Of a stretch of DNA of 64,000 nt, positions 50,050-62,739 are shown in pieces. Numbering within the stretch: position 1 is the first letter of the stretch; the number at the start of each line of letters is the position of its first letter. The notes beneath the pieces are model-generated. The model saw only the letters and a program-made list of their open reading frames with translations, was not told the DNA's origin and did no database searches. The stretch covers positions 550,595-614,594 of the forward strand of contig NW_003314360.1 in NCBI RefSeq assembly GCF_000143415.4, in the 5' to 3' direction. A program made the position numbers and the translations under genes. Source of the stretch: Selaginella moellendorffii. Lineage: Eukaryota > Plantae > Lycopodiophyta.

Positions 50050-51060
50050 ATATGGCATAAGATGCCCTAGGCTATGGATCCACTAATCAAGCATGTAGTT
50101 AATAGTATCTAAAAGCTGCTTGCAATCCCCAATAAGAACAACAACTTCCCCAACACTGACCATTAGGGATAGAGGGCAAACCTGAAAAACAATTATTAAA
50201 ACTAGAAGTTAGAGATAAAATTCATGCTTACTAACCTGTTTGTGCATAGCTGTGAAGAAAAGCTCTTCCAGGTCATCATTTGTAGCTGTAGGGAGGGATG
50301 CAAAGAATGTCTTAGTCTGCCGAGAAGACTAGTGGCTGCTCTCTACAGTATGAGAAACTTATAGCTAGCAAAACCTTGGAAAAATTCAAAGATCCCAAAG
50401 CACTAAACTTACAAGAACACTAACACTGAAATGCTGGATCTTGCTTGTGTCAAGGAGTTTCACAACCTGGCTTTTGCAGGCCACTGTCTGCTATTCTCTT
50501 GGCCTCTCCAGACTAGAAAAATCAAAAGAAAGCATCACGAGTGATTAAACAACAAAGAACATATAAGCTTAAGAAAAGTGCTCACCAAGAAGCATTTGAT
50601 GATTTTGACTAATTGTTCTTGTCTCTCACGCATTGCAAAGCTGGCTGATGTCAAGGATTTGAGTGCAGTCAACGGTAATCTCATGTTGAATTATGGCCTG
50701 CAACCACGTGCAACTCCAGAGGGTCAAAAAACATCCACATGATTGAGAGAAACTCACCACTGTCGCAATCAAATATCTCCACACTCATATAAACTCACAG
50801 AACCGATGGGTGGTCGATAGAGTGAACAAAACACTGTCTATGTGCTACCCCTTGCATTTAAAGAGAATAGAAGGTTTGTTCCAAGTCAGCACGCAGCAAA
50901 GAACCATATGGATTCATACCTCTCACCTTGTGCTCCTTGGAAAACTTCTTATATTTCGTGAGGAGCTCTATGCTGTCATGCTAGAACCTATCCAGACATG
51001 ATCAAAGCAAAGTCAGCGACGAGATGTGGCATTTCATCCTGACACGTCAGCATGTTCTCT
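50050..51060 (-). pseudogene. Decayed intron-containing gene remnant, possibly SF1 (Upf1-like) helicase
   Basis: Splice-like signals and VVLIGDCKQL resembling helicase motif III; many stops. Confidence 0.25.
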
Positions 51061-51342
51061 GGAAAAGAAATAACAGAAGCGAGTCAAAGTTATGGTTATG
51101 TAGTTGATTTGAGGATTTAGGAGTTGTATACAAAGTTGCAATTGGTTCATTAAAGTTCTGTAGTTGGCTAATGCTTATGCCATGGCTTTGGATTTTATTT
51201 CAGTCATGATTATTAGCAAATTTGTTAGCAATTTTATGGGAGTTTTAGATTCTTGTGATAGTTTATAATCACTTAGTAGAAGCTTTAGATGTTCCACCTA
51301 ATTTATTATTATTACCTTTTCATCTTTCGGAAGGGAGGATAG

Positions 51343-51513
51343 TGTAAGGTTTGTAAATATATATATGTATATACATATATTACCTTAGCTAGGTAATACA
51401 CTAATTATACTACTATAGCATATGGATCATCTATTTAGGACTGAATTTAATCCATCCATTCTTGTATATAAACAGGGGCCTAAACCCCAATTAATATATT
51501 TATTCCTATATCA
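51343..51513 (+). mobile_element. Short (~170 bp) LTR preceded by a polypurine tract
   Basis: GGAAGGGAGGATAG then TGTAAGG...TATATCA; second copy inverted at 30415-30525. Confidence 0.65.
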
Positions 51514-51559
51514 TATTGTGAATTTTCAAGAATTTATAAATATTTTATTTGAATTTCAT

Positions 51560-54500
51560 TGATCACGAAATTCAAATTTTCTCTAGTGTTACAATGATCA
51601 CTAAGGAGTGTGTCCCAGCTTCTCAGAGAGGACAAGTGGCACCACCAGCGTGGCAATCAGGATTGGGAGATGAGTATGAAACAAGCAATGTGGATTCTCA
51701 TCTCTTTTTTCTTCCTTTTCTCTTGCTCAAGCATAGATTTGGTACCAAATGTGGCTATGGTGGGGGCAATTTGGTGTTCTTCCAAATAGGAGGAGCGTGC
51801 TACTTGACCATCTTGGCTGTGAGGAACACTTGTTCATCCTTTTTCTTTCCTGGTAAGGATCAAGGACTGTGTTCTTTGGATCTTCTCTTTGTTCTAGCAT
51901 CTTCTCCTTTGTTTTCTCTCTCATGTCATAGGCTGTTATGATCCGGTGCAAAAAGACAAAGATCTAGTTGCCCTAGACTATGCTATGCCACCTCTTGAGG
52001 TTCCTCACCACCCAACCACCCCCAAGCTACCTCAAAAGCTCCACTGCGCCGCCGCTCCACTGTGAGCCCTAGGGTAGGTTAAGTCCTTTACCCTAACATG
52101 CCTTAATATACCCTTGAGCCTCCCTTTGACCGACGTTGACCACGTAGTCAAAGCTGGTGCCTAACAATTCTTCCCCCCCAACAAAGTCTTTGTCCCAAGG
52201 ACGAGTTGTACTGGTGATCACCCTTTCTGGGGAATCCTGCTCAAGCTCCTGGTCCATCTTCCACAGCCATATACATCAAGGAGGCATTGGGCCCGTCACT
52301 CCGAGATAGTACACCTTTCAACTGGCTGACATAAAATACCGGATGAATTTTCACCCCAACTGGCAGCCGCACCCGATAAGCCGCTTTACCAATGCGCTCC
52401 AGCACTTCATATGGACCAACATATCGATGGGAAAGTTTATCACTCTTCCCTGTCCGTAAAGGCACCAAGGTGTTCCGCCGCTCACTTGACGGAAAGATCA
52501 CTCGCACAAAGACAAGATCACCCACCTTATATTCCCGGAATTGGCGATGCTCATTGGCAAACTTCTCTACTCTATCCTGAGCTGCTTGCAAATTCCATTT
52601 GCACACCATCAGAATCTCATCAAGTTCTGTGGCTAGATCAGTTGCCTCGGAATCAAGCTTTTCTTGAACGTTCTTACTCAAATGCAATCCCAACTCCACC
52701 GCTGTTCGAGGATGCCTTCCAAACATGGCAAAGTAAGGACTTAGCTTGGTTCCACTGTGTTGGCTATTGTTGTAAGCAAATTGCACTAACGGAAGATATA
52801 GATCCCACTGTTCTTGCCTTTGACCAATGCTACAACATAGCATATCCTCCACCACCTGATTCACACGCTCAGTTTGCCCATCCATCTGAGGATGATCTCC
52901 ACTCAAGAGTTTCAAAGTCACTTGCATAGCCTTTGCAAAGCTTTTCCAAAATCCACTAGTGAACTTTGAATCTCGATCACTAATGATGTCCTCCGGCAAA
53001 CCAAAATCAGGAAAAACCTTCTCCAAGTAAACCGCAGCCAAGTTTGAGGCAGTGACAGTCTTCCGAAGAGCCAACAACCGCACATACTTCGTCAACCGAT
53101 CCATTATGACCCATACTTGCTCCTTTTGCCTCTGTGTTCGTGGCAAACAAGTGATGAAGTCCATAGAGATACTACACCAACGGCTCTGAGGAATAGGTAA
53201 AGGTTGCAAAAGTCCCCCCGGCTTCTCCCGTGGCACCTTAACCCGCTGACAAAGCTCGCATGATTTACAATACTTGAGGATATCAACCTTCATATTCCTC
53301 CAATAAAAGTTGCGCTTAATCAACTCATACGTCTTCTTCCCCCCAAAATGACCGGCCTCTGGATGATCATGATAGTAGAATAAAACTTGAGTAATTAACG
53401 CATCCACCTGTGGCAAATATACACGGCCATTGTAGTAGAGAATCCCATCCACCAATGAAAAAGGGGCTTCCATCTGGGCTCGCAAAGAAGCCACCTCAGC
53501 ATCCTGAGCCTGAGCATGCTCAACCAACTGCCCAAACTCGCTGACCACCTTACTCAAATGATGACAAAATTGTGTTCGTAACGTCGTCACATGATGAACA
53601 CAAGATAAAGCATCCGCCACCACATTTGATTTTCCCGGACGATGCTCAATAGGAAACTCCCCAAACTCCATGAGTTTGACCATCTAACGAGCTTGCCTAG
53701 TGTTCAACTCCTTCTGTGTGAAAAGATACACAAGTGGTTTGTGATCTGTCAACACCACGAACACTGCACCATAAAGATAGTGCTGCCATGTCCGCAAAGC
53801 ATGAACAATAGAGAGTAACTCTTGCTCATATGTGGAATAGCGTTGCTCCGCAGAATTCAAAGTTCGACTCTCATATGCAATAGGCTGTCCCTCTTGCATG
53901 AGAACTCCTCCCAGTGCATAACCACTCGCATCGCATGTCACCTTGAGGTTTCGATGGATCAGCAATGCGAAGCACTGGAGCCTCGATCAACAATCGTTTC
54001 AGTGCCACAAAACTCTCCTCTTGTGGCATCTTCCACTCGAATGGCACATTCTTGCGTAACAACCGCGTCAACGGAATAGCCACCTCTGCAAACTTATGCT
54101 GGAAACGTCGGTAGTAACTAGCCATACCAAGAAAACTGCGCAACTCGGCCACTGTAGTCGGTGTAGGCCAGTTTTCCACCACAGCCACCTTCCTTGGATC
54201 CGTCTTGACACCCTTAGATGTCACAATATGGCCTAGATATTCCACCTCCGACTTTGCAAATTCACATTTGCTCTTCTTTGCATAAAGTTTACTGTCTCGA
54301 AGTAACAAAAGAACCTTGCGCAAATGCACCCTATGCTCCTCCATATTCTTGCTAAAAACAAGAATATCGTCCAAGAAAATCTCCACAAACTCATGAAGAT
54401 AATGCCCAAATACCTCCGTCATCAACCGAGTAAATGTGGCCAGTGCATTCGTCAAACCAAACGGCATAACGGTAAACTCAAAATGTCCGAAGCTTGTGTT

Positions 54501-57500
54501 GAATGCCGTCTTGGAGATAGATGCAGCATCCATTGCAATCTGATGATATCCACTCCTCAGATCAATCTTGGTAAACACTCGTGCTTCACCAAGCTTGTCT
54601 AGGATATCATCCACACGTGGCATCGGCATCTTGTCCTTCACTGTCTTCTTGTTTAAAGCACGGTAGTCAATACACATCCGCATTGAACCGTCCTTCTTCT
54701 TCACAAGCAAGACCGGAGCACCAAACGGAGACTTACTTGGCTGAATAAATCCAAACTCAAGTAACTCCTTGACTTGTCGTTGAACTTCTTGCTCCTCCGC
54801 ATAACTTAACCGAAATGGACGTCGGTAAATTGGCCGCGTCCCCGGCTCCAATGTAATCCCATGCTCCACACCTCGTAATGGAGGCAATCCATGAGGAAGT
54901 TCAGATGGAAAAACATCAGAAAACTCATCAAGTACATCCCGTACTGCTGCTTCTCCCCAACACGTGCCTTGGTCCCCCAAGTCACGAACAAACAGCAAGT
55001 AACTTGAAAGTGCTTTTCCATTACGACAAGCCTGCTTCAAAGATGTAGCAGAGAGCATAACAACTGGTGGTTGAATGCCCTCGCCAAACCACACATCTTT
55101 AACGCCACCATACTCCAGCGAATACGCTTAATGCTCCACTTTATCTCTGGATCCACCTTCACCAACCATGGCATCCCAAGAATGAAATCCACACGATGGA
55201 TATCCGCGAGATAAAAAGTCTCCACAAGTGTGGTTTTGCCAACCAACACTTCCAGCCCCTCAACACAAGCATCGAAATGCTGAGCAGAGGTAGCTGCACC
55301 TTCCACTGTGTATGGAAGAACTCCACGTGTGTTCAGGCGATGCTCCGCAACAAACTTTGCCGAAACAAAGTTGTCATCGCTCCCACTATCCAGTAAAATC
55401 CGCACTGGATCGCCACGGAACACGTCCTCCAGCATTAAAGCTGATTCATGCGTATCCTCGAGCTCCATCTTGTTCCACACATAGTTGAGTTGACGAGCAA
55501 CGATCGAAAGTCTCTTCCTCCGACCGGAATGGTCGTTCTCGTCATCCTCATGCTGTAAAGCTTGCAACTTTTTAGTATCTGACTTACCATGAGAAGATGA
55601 TTGGCCATTCTTCTTGTCCTGCTGCTTGTTCTTCAACTGCGGACAATTAGCCTTGTAGTGTCCAAGTTTGCCGCAATGATGACAACCCTGTCTATAATTC
55701 TTCACAAAGAACTTCTGCTTCTTGGACCCCTTTGCATCTGAAGTAGTCACCACCGACTTCAACTTGTGATTCTTGTTCCCATCCTTGTGTCCACGGCGAT
55801 CATCACGACGATTCTTGACAGAAGGACTCCGCGAACGCTTGCGAGACTTGTGCTTGTCATTGTCAAGGCGATGAGCCGCATCAAAGAGCTCCTCCAAACT
55901 CTTTGTAGGCTGAGAATGACGCAAGTGTTGCCGCATACTCTCACTATGTAAGCCATCAATGAAGTAGGACTTGTTCTGATCTGGATCCTTCGTTAGAACA
56001 CGACTAATCAAGCGAGTAAGCTTCTCAATATAGTCCCTGAGCGTCATTTTCCCTTGCTGGAAATGGCGAAGTTCTGTACGAGCATTCTCCACGTCGTAAT
56101 GAGGGGCAAAACGTAAATGGAAAGCAGCCTCAAACTCATCCAGGGTAGACACTGGTGGTTTCTTATCTGCAACACGGGACTCCTCAAGCCAATTCCACCA
56201 TCGAAGACCCGCATCACGCAAAACCATCGGAATAGCCACTAAAGCCTCTGCATCTGGAGTTCCTCTAGCAGCCAAAAACTTCTTCACATTGGCTAGCCAA
56301 GCGAGACACTCGTCCACACCACCATCACCGAAAAAGGTTTGAATCTTGAGTCGATCTACCAAAGAAGGCTTACTTGGAGCGCTACCCCGTCCAGCCTCGA
56401 GTGCCTCAACATGCCCACGCATGGTATCCATCATGCCATGCATCTCGTCTTGCATCTCTTGCTGATTTTTATTAAGGGCTCGCAGCTCATGAACCACATC
56501 TTGAATGGTCCAAATCTCCGCAGCTTTGTCGGCACCATCGTTGGCACCACCATCGATGATAGGATTCCAGCGTTCAGCTTGGTCGGCCATCGCAACCAAT
56601 CCTCCGATACCAATGTTATGATCCGGCGCAAAAAGACAAAGATCTAGTTGCCCTAGACTATGCTACGCCACCTCTTGAGGTTCCTCACCACCCAACCACC
56701 CCCGAGCTACCTCAAAAGCTCCACTGCGCCGCCGCTCCACTATGAGCCCTAGGGTAGGTTAAGTCCCTTACCCTAACATGCCTTAATATACCCTTGAGCC
56801 TCCCTTTGACCGACGTTGACCACGTAGTCAAAGCTGGCGCCTAACATAGGCCCTAATGTGGCAGCATTGTTGTGAGACACGCTGGTCATCCTTCCCATCC
56901 CTACATGGCTGCTTGTCGGCATAGTGTTGTGTTGGCTCGGACGTGCTCTCTTAGAGGTCGCTCTACGAGATGCAAGACGAGGCATGGCATGCTCACTGGC
57001 ATTTGAGAGCTGCTTTGCTGCCTTGGGTGATTGAGATACCTGTGAGTCACGAAAGAAAAATCGCTTTTTTTTTGTGTGCTCATCTAGTACTTGGTGAATG
57101 TATCTCCAGGACAACCATGGATGAAGATGAGGTTGATACAGTGGCAACACTTTTAGGCAATCTTGTTGCATACCGTGCTGCCGGTGCAAGCCAACTTGAG
57201 TTTCTCGCTGGTAAAGATTCATGGATAGAACTTGCAAGCAAGCGTTTTTATCTTTCTTTGTTTCTACAGGTGTTGCTCTTTTGAGAACTCACAAGTCCAA
57301 GCCTCCAGTTCCCAAAGATTTCCCTCCATCTCTCAGTTCGCTGGTCATAGAAGCTGCTCTTCTCCATCCATATGCCGCGGCCGCGTACACGGTAGCTTCA
57401 AAGAGTTCTCTTGCTGATCTTCCCAAGGTCCATTGCTGGACATTGGACGCACACTGCTGCTCTTTCCATGTGTACCAGCAAGGACTCCTCAGCTTATGGA

Positions 57501-58070
57501 ACTGCATAAGGTAGCTCGAGTTTTTCTTTCATCTCCAAGAAACAGCTAACTAAGCTTTGGCTTGTAGGAGCCTAAGTGTTGATGGTGATAATTGGTGGCA
57601 AGGCCATGCAACTGCATTTCTTTGTGCTGCTCACCTCCCAGCCGAGGTGCTCTTGAAAGGAAGGATTCACCAGGTTTGATGTTTGTACCATCACAAGCTT
57701 CCCACAAGCTGACTTGGTCACTCACTATTTCAGAGAAACCGAGAGACAGTCTACTTTGTGATTGAGTTGAAGGAACTCAAGTTGGTTGTTGTCGCTATTC
57801 GTGGGACTGAAACACTGGACAGATGGTCTGGGACGTGAATGCATCCTTGCTAATGCTGATTTTCAGGGATTGTTCAAGTAGTGCTCTGCTCTCATTCCCT
57901 TCTCGTTGTCAAATCCTCACTATGGCCATGCCGGTGTGGTGGTAGACAGCCCCAAAGATAATCCCACACTTTCAGGTTTGGAAAGAAAAAAGGGCTTGCT
58001 CTTTGGATCATCAAAATTTATCTTTTTGACTTATAAATCGGCTACTCATCAATCTCTTTTCATTCTGACA
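51560..58070 (+). pseudogene. Class-3 lipase (At1g05790-like) pseudogene split by the gypsy element
   Basis: WYQMWLWW...QIGGACYL before the element; GSDVL..RSLY..QDEAW.AH, VATLLGNLVAYRA, EAALLHPYAAAAYT, DGDNWWQGHA, VVAIRGTET after it; stops and deletions. Confidence 0.78.
51934..56846 (-). mobile_element. Full-length Ty3/gypsy retrotransposon: 233-bp LTRs (51934-52166, 56614-56846), TSD TAGGC, PBS(Met), PPT, gag-PR-RT-RH-INT with two frameshifts and one stop
   Basis: CHHCGKLGHYKANC knuckle, LLDSGS protease, FLDDIL RT, CDASG RNase H, HHCC and DDE integrase, GPY motif; TGGTATCGGAG at 56612-56602; 6 LTR differences, all transitions. Confidence 0.97.
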
Positions 58071-58079
58071 GGGTGCTTA

Positions 58080-58389
58080 TGAGTCTGTTCCTAACTACAT
58101 CACCCAGTTTCGAGCATACTGGAAGTAGTGTTGGGATTGCAGAGTGGTCCAAGATGAGCAACAAGGGATCACGGCATTCACAGCGGGTCTGCATGGAAAC
58201 TTGCAGCCAAGACTTCTTAAGAAGATATTTAGGTCTTGTCGTGAGGCATTTTCGTTTGCCACGAAGCTAGAAAGAGCGCTTCTTATCGACTTGGGGATTG
58301 CTAGAGTTGATTTCAACCAAGTCATCACCCTGTTAGAGTCACAACACTACTTCAAGCTTCACCCAGAGCTTCGACCTCCACCTTCTTAA
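58080..58389 (+). mobile_element. Retrotransposon gag-like fragment
   Basis: ITAFTAGL...EAFSFATKLE resembles the Ty3 capsid C-terminal motif. Confidence 0.4.
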
Positions 58390-58597
58390 CGTGTCCAGCA
58401 ACATCCCTTTGCTAACAATTCCACATCGTCTCAGGGTCCAGAGACATATCAAGAGTAGTTGGAGCAACAAGCAATTGAGGTAGCCCCTTTGTCAAGAAAA
58501 AGCAAGGCACCAGCTGTAAGGTACCAACTTCCCGAAGTGTCGAAGGCTAAAGGATCCCTAAAAGCACGACTAAAATGATGAAAAGTTCATCGGATGA

Positions 58598-58853
58598 AAC
58601 CGGGTCCGAGATCGAGTCCGAGATCGACTCTCAGACCGAGTTTGAGACCGAGTTCGAGACTGAGTTCGAGACCGAGTCCGAGATCCGATATCGGGTCCAA
58701 GACCGAGTCCAAGATCAAGTCCGAGACAGAGTTTGAGGTCGGGTCTGAGATCGAGTCTGAAGTCGAGTCCGAGATCAGGTCCAAGACCGAGTCCGAATAC
58801 TAATATTTAGGGTTTAGGGTTTAGGTTTAGGATTTAGGCGCATTTAGGCATTT
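58598..58853 (+). repeat. Family-A LTR hexamer-array remnant followed by degenerate TTTAGGG repeats
   Basis: gagtccgagatc array ending gagtccgaatactaata, then tttagggtttagggtttaggtttaggatttagg. Confidence 0.8.
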
Positions 58854-59699
58854 ATGAACCTGCTGCAATCCGGCGAGATCGCTAAACATGTATGTACAGT
58901 ACCCCAGTCCGAAAGGGATCAAAACAACATTGAGAGTGCACTTTCAGAGATACTAGCGAAGCTACGAGCACGAACGCCCAGCGTTACTCTTGGGCGATCT
59001 GCCTCCCAGGTGACTCCACCGCGAAGCTTGAAGCCACCTGCTACACTCCATGACCAGCACAACTTGTCACGGAGCGCTCCACCACCAACGTGCCTCCAGT
59101 GCCAAAACAACGTCCAAACGCGATAATACTCCAACACATAGCTCCATGCAAGGTGTGAACGTCCTCCAACTTGAAGTTGGAGTGTGCTACCTTGCCTCCC
59201 ACATGAGAAAAGTGCGCTACCTCATCTTCGCTAGAGTCCTAGCCCTGCAATAGGGACTAGGAAAGGGTATGAACCTCCTCCTAAGGGAGCAAAGCTCTAG
59301 AACAGGCGTTGGAGAAGAGATGTATGGATCCCATACGCGTGTACCATCGAATCAAATCCATTGGCTGCTGGTCCCAACTGTGGCAGCAGTCCTTGCCACT
59401 AGATCCAAAAATCCTCCCTTCCCAATTGTCCTAAAAGCGAGACACCATGCATGGTCTTCCAAAGAGAATCTAGAAAGCTGGGAACTTTTTCAAGTCCCAG
59501 CTACTCCAAGTCACCTCTAAAGTGACATCTAGCTCCACCAATCCTTGACATCTACCATCGCTGTCACGCATCAAGGCAAGCAAGATCACATATATCTTGG
59601 CAAAGAGCTCCATTTCCAGAGCTTTTGCTAAACATGTATGTACATTCCCCATGTCCCAAAGGGACTAATACAAAAACTGGGCGTGTTGCCCTCTCAATG

Positions 59700-62600
59700 A
59701 TCTACTCTATGTGATCCTCCTGTGGGCACCACTGCCAGCGAATCTCGCCACCTCCCAGTCTGCCGAAGCATGGGAGCCACTTGGATCTCCACTCCTCGAG
59801 CTGCCTCGGTTTCGCCTGCTCTTTCAGGATGGTGTAGTGAAGACATACCGCTGCAAGAGTGAGTCTCCACCACACTGCCACCACTACCAATATTCTCGCT
59901 TGTTGCCCATCAAAGCGACAATGGTTCCGTGCCTCCCAGAGTGCTTGCACTCCTGTTGCCCTCCAAATGGACCAGCGCTCATGGCCCATTGCCTCCCAAA
60001 TGGACATCCCAACTTCAGCCCCTATCACATCCCACTTGACTCGCATGTTCCATCCGTGTTGTCCGTAGCAACGAATACGCCTCCAAGCTGGACCAATGGC
60101 TGGACCTCTAACTCCCTCAAACTAGTGGAGGATATCCCCACACTAAGCCTCAAACTCTGGAATGTCTCCGAGTTCCTGCGTTGCCTTGAAGATCTGTTGC
60201 CATACTTCTCTCGCCACGTCATATTCCCATAGTGCATATCGCACTGTCTCCAGCTCGCCACACTCCTTGCATCGTTGGCATGCTTCTTCTTGGAACTGCT
60301 GTCCTACTGGCAACCCGTTATTTGCCACCAACCAAGAGGTGGCCTTGACTTTCTCCTGTACCGGTAATTTCCAGAACGCAAGCGTGTTGCCCACCACCTG
60401 ATTTGCTTCAACTCTTTGCTCGATCCATTTCTTCCAGAGCTTGGGGATCTCCCCTCGGGCCTCCTCCCTGCTAGTCAAGAGACCATCCCTTGCTTCCTTG
60501 ATGCCAAAGTAGAAGAAGCTCATCGCTCCTCGTTTCCATGCTGCGGGGTCCCAATCCAGATCCTTGATGAGCTGTTGTCACCACCATCTGAGAATGCCAT
60601 CCCCCTCTAGTGTGGCGAACGATTGAACCACCACCGATTGCTTCGGAGCCTGTCGTATTATTCGAATCCTGCCCTTGACTTCGTCGTCCATCACCATCGG
60701 CATGACTTGTTCATCCCAACATTTTGGTCTGGAGACACAACAAACCACACCTCCACATCTTTGTCCTCCCAAGCTGGTGTTGGGGCCATAAACGCACGTG
60801 TCCAACTGACTCATTCCCTGTCTGGCTCCACGTCCCATTTGCAGAGCCACAAAGTCTCCAGGTTTAAGACAACACCTAGGCCAAAGCTGCCCCTTCTTCG
60901 CCTCACTCACTGTTTTGATAATGCGAAGAAGATCAAGGTGGACTTTCCTTCACTGTCCCGGGTTAAGGACTTGCATATGTCTCATAGTTTTCCTCCTATC
61001 CTTGTCCAAAACCCGCACCAGTTGCTTGAGAGTTTGGAAGCCTGCGCTATGTAGCTTTCTCCAGATTGTGTAGTGGTCCTCTCTGCGTAACGTCCTGTCA
61101 TCCAGCTTGAAGAGGTCATTGAAGAATAGGGGCTGGTTCAACCAATCCTCCGCTCGCCCTGGCAATTCCCTACTGACTGGAAATGCTCTCCATAACCTGA
61201 GAAACCCCTGGACCAGAGTGCCACCCTTGACTACTTGCTTCGGTCCCTCGGCAAAGAGCCAACGTGGATCCTCCTCCCACGGTCTTGCAGTGTTGTGCTT
61301 GGGCCAGATTGCCAACAAGTTCTGCCTAAACATGCGTCTCTAAGGCTGGTTACCTAGTTGAAGGGCCATGAGGAGGATTTTGTACCGTAGCGCCTTCACC
61401 ATGTCACTCGGATCGATTACTCCAAGTCCCCCCAAGACTTGTGGACGTGTTGTAGATTGCCACGTGACCTTGGCCATGCTCCTCCCTGTGACCAGTGCGC
61501 CTTGCCACAAATACTGATGAACCATCATGCATACCTTTCTAAGAGTGCATTCTGGGACAAGCCAAATGGAGAGGTGGTACCAGATGCTGGGCAGAATGAT
61601 GCTCCTGGCTACTACCACTCTTGCTGGCAAGCCGAGTTTTCGGGGAGCCCACTTCTGGATTGACATTCGTACCCGTCGGAGCAAGGTGTCATCCTGGAGA
61701 GCTGCACTAAACGAAGTATCAACCTGAACCCCCAAGTACCTATCATCCTCTCCTGGTTTGAGCCACTGGAAGCCGATGCCCTGTCCCCAAGATTCAATGC
61801 TTGGCTGCCCCCAATTTATGCCCACTGATTTGTTCTAGTTAATTGTTGTGCCAGCCGTGAGGTTGAAAGTCTCCAACGCCTTCTTAGCTGCATCCAGGTT
61901 CTCTTTAGTCGCGAGTAGGAACAAGGCAGTGTCATCTACAAATGCTCCATCAAGGAGTTCCCGAGTCACCCTTGTGGTTCCTGGAAGTTGTTGTCTCGCA
62001 GCCAGTAGGGTGAGTCCTTTAATGCGCCTGCCTTCCGCTAGAAACGTGCCTAGGGCCTCAACCATAATCAGAAAAAGATAGGGTGCTAGTGGACACCCTT
62101 GGCGTACCAAACGTCCCAGCTAAAAACTCGGTCCCGTCTCGCCATTGATTGTGACTTTGCTTGTGGCTCCTCGGTACAGTAACGAGATCCTAGCAACCAT
62201 CTCTCCCAGGATGCCGATCATATGCATGCACTCCTCCAGGAACCTCCAGTCCACTCGATCGTAGGCCTTCTCAAAGTCCAACAGCCATGCTGCAGTTTGT
62301 TGGTCAGAGATCTCTGCCCATCTTTGAGCCAGCAAGTACGTCCAGATATTTTCTACGATTTGCCGCCCTGGAACAAACCCTATCTACTGCTCCCGGATGA
62401 TCAACGGCATGATAGCTTGGAGCTTGAGGGTCATTGCTTTGGCGTAGACCTTGTAGGACGTGTTCAGCATGGTGATCAGCCTCTAATTCCTCAGCTCCTG
62501 CAGGTCCCCGTTCTTTGGGATAAGCGCAATCTGGACCTCGAGGATCTCATGAGGCAAGGTCCCATCACGTTGAGCATCCCACCATGCTTGTAGCAGCAGT

Positions 62601-62735
62601 GGGCCTATGGTCTCCTAGTGCTTCTCAAAGAAAATGGGCAAGAGGCCATCGATACCTGGCTGCTTGTCGTTGTTGAGCTTCCTAAGTGCTTCCCGAAGCT
62701 CCTCCAGTGTGAAGTCTGTCTTCAGTGAGTCGTGA
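59700..62735 (-). mobile_element. L1/Tx1-clade LINE ORF2 (RT and zf-RVT), degenerate, begins just upstream of the RT domain
   Basis: KQPGIDG, LLDFEKAYDRVDW, RQGCPLAPYLF, FVDD, RYLG, GGLGV, C..C...ET. Confidence 0.9.
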
Positions 62736-62739
62736 AGGG

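Noticed and set aside
52241-52340. Chromodomain at the integrase C-terminus
   Set aside because: The ORF ends shortly after the GPY/HPVF motif with no chromodomain residues
55037-55094. Programmed gag-pol frameshift
   Set aside because: The shift lies after the protease, I saw no clear slippery site, and the element has other lesions, so it is more likely a mutation
41180-56846. Hammerhead ribozyme (retrozyme) in the LTRs
   Set aside because: No CUGANGA...GAAA core found by eye; GTGATGAG in family A does not fit. An Infernal scan would be definitive
58854-59700. Possible coding remnant between the telomeric repeats and the LINE
   Set aside because: No recognisable motif in any frame; left unannotated
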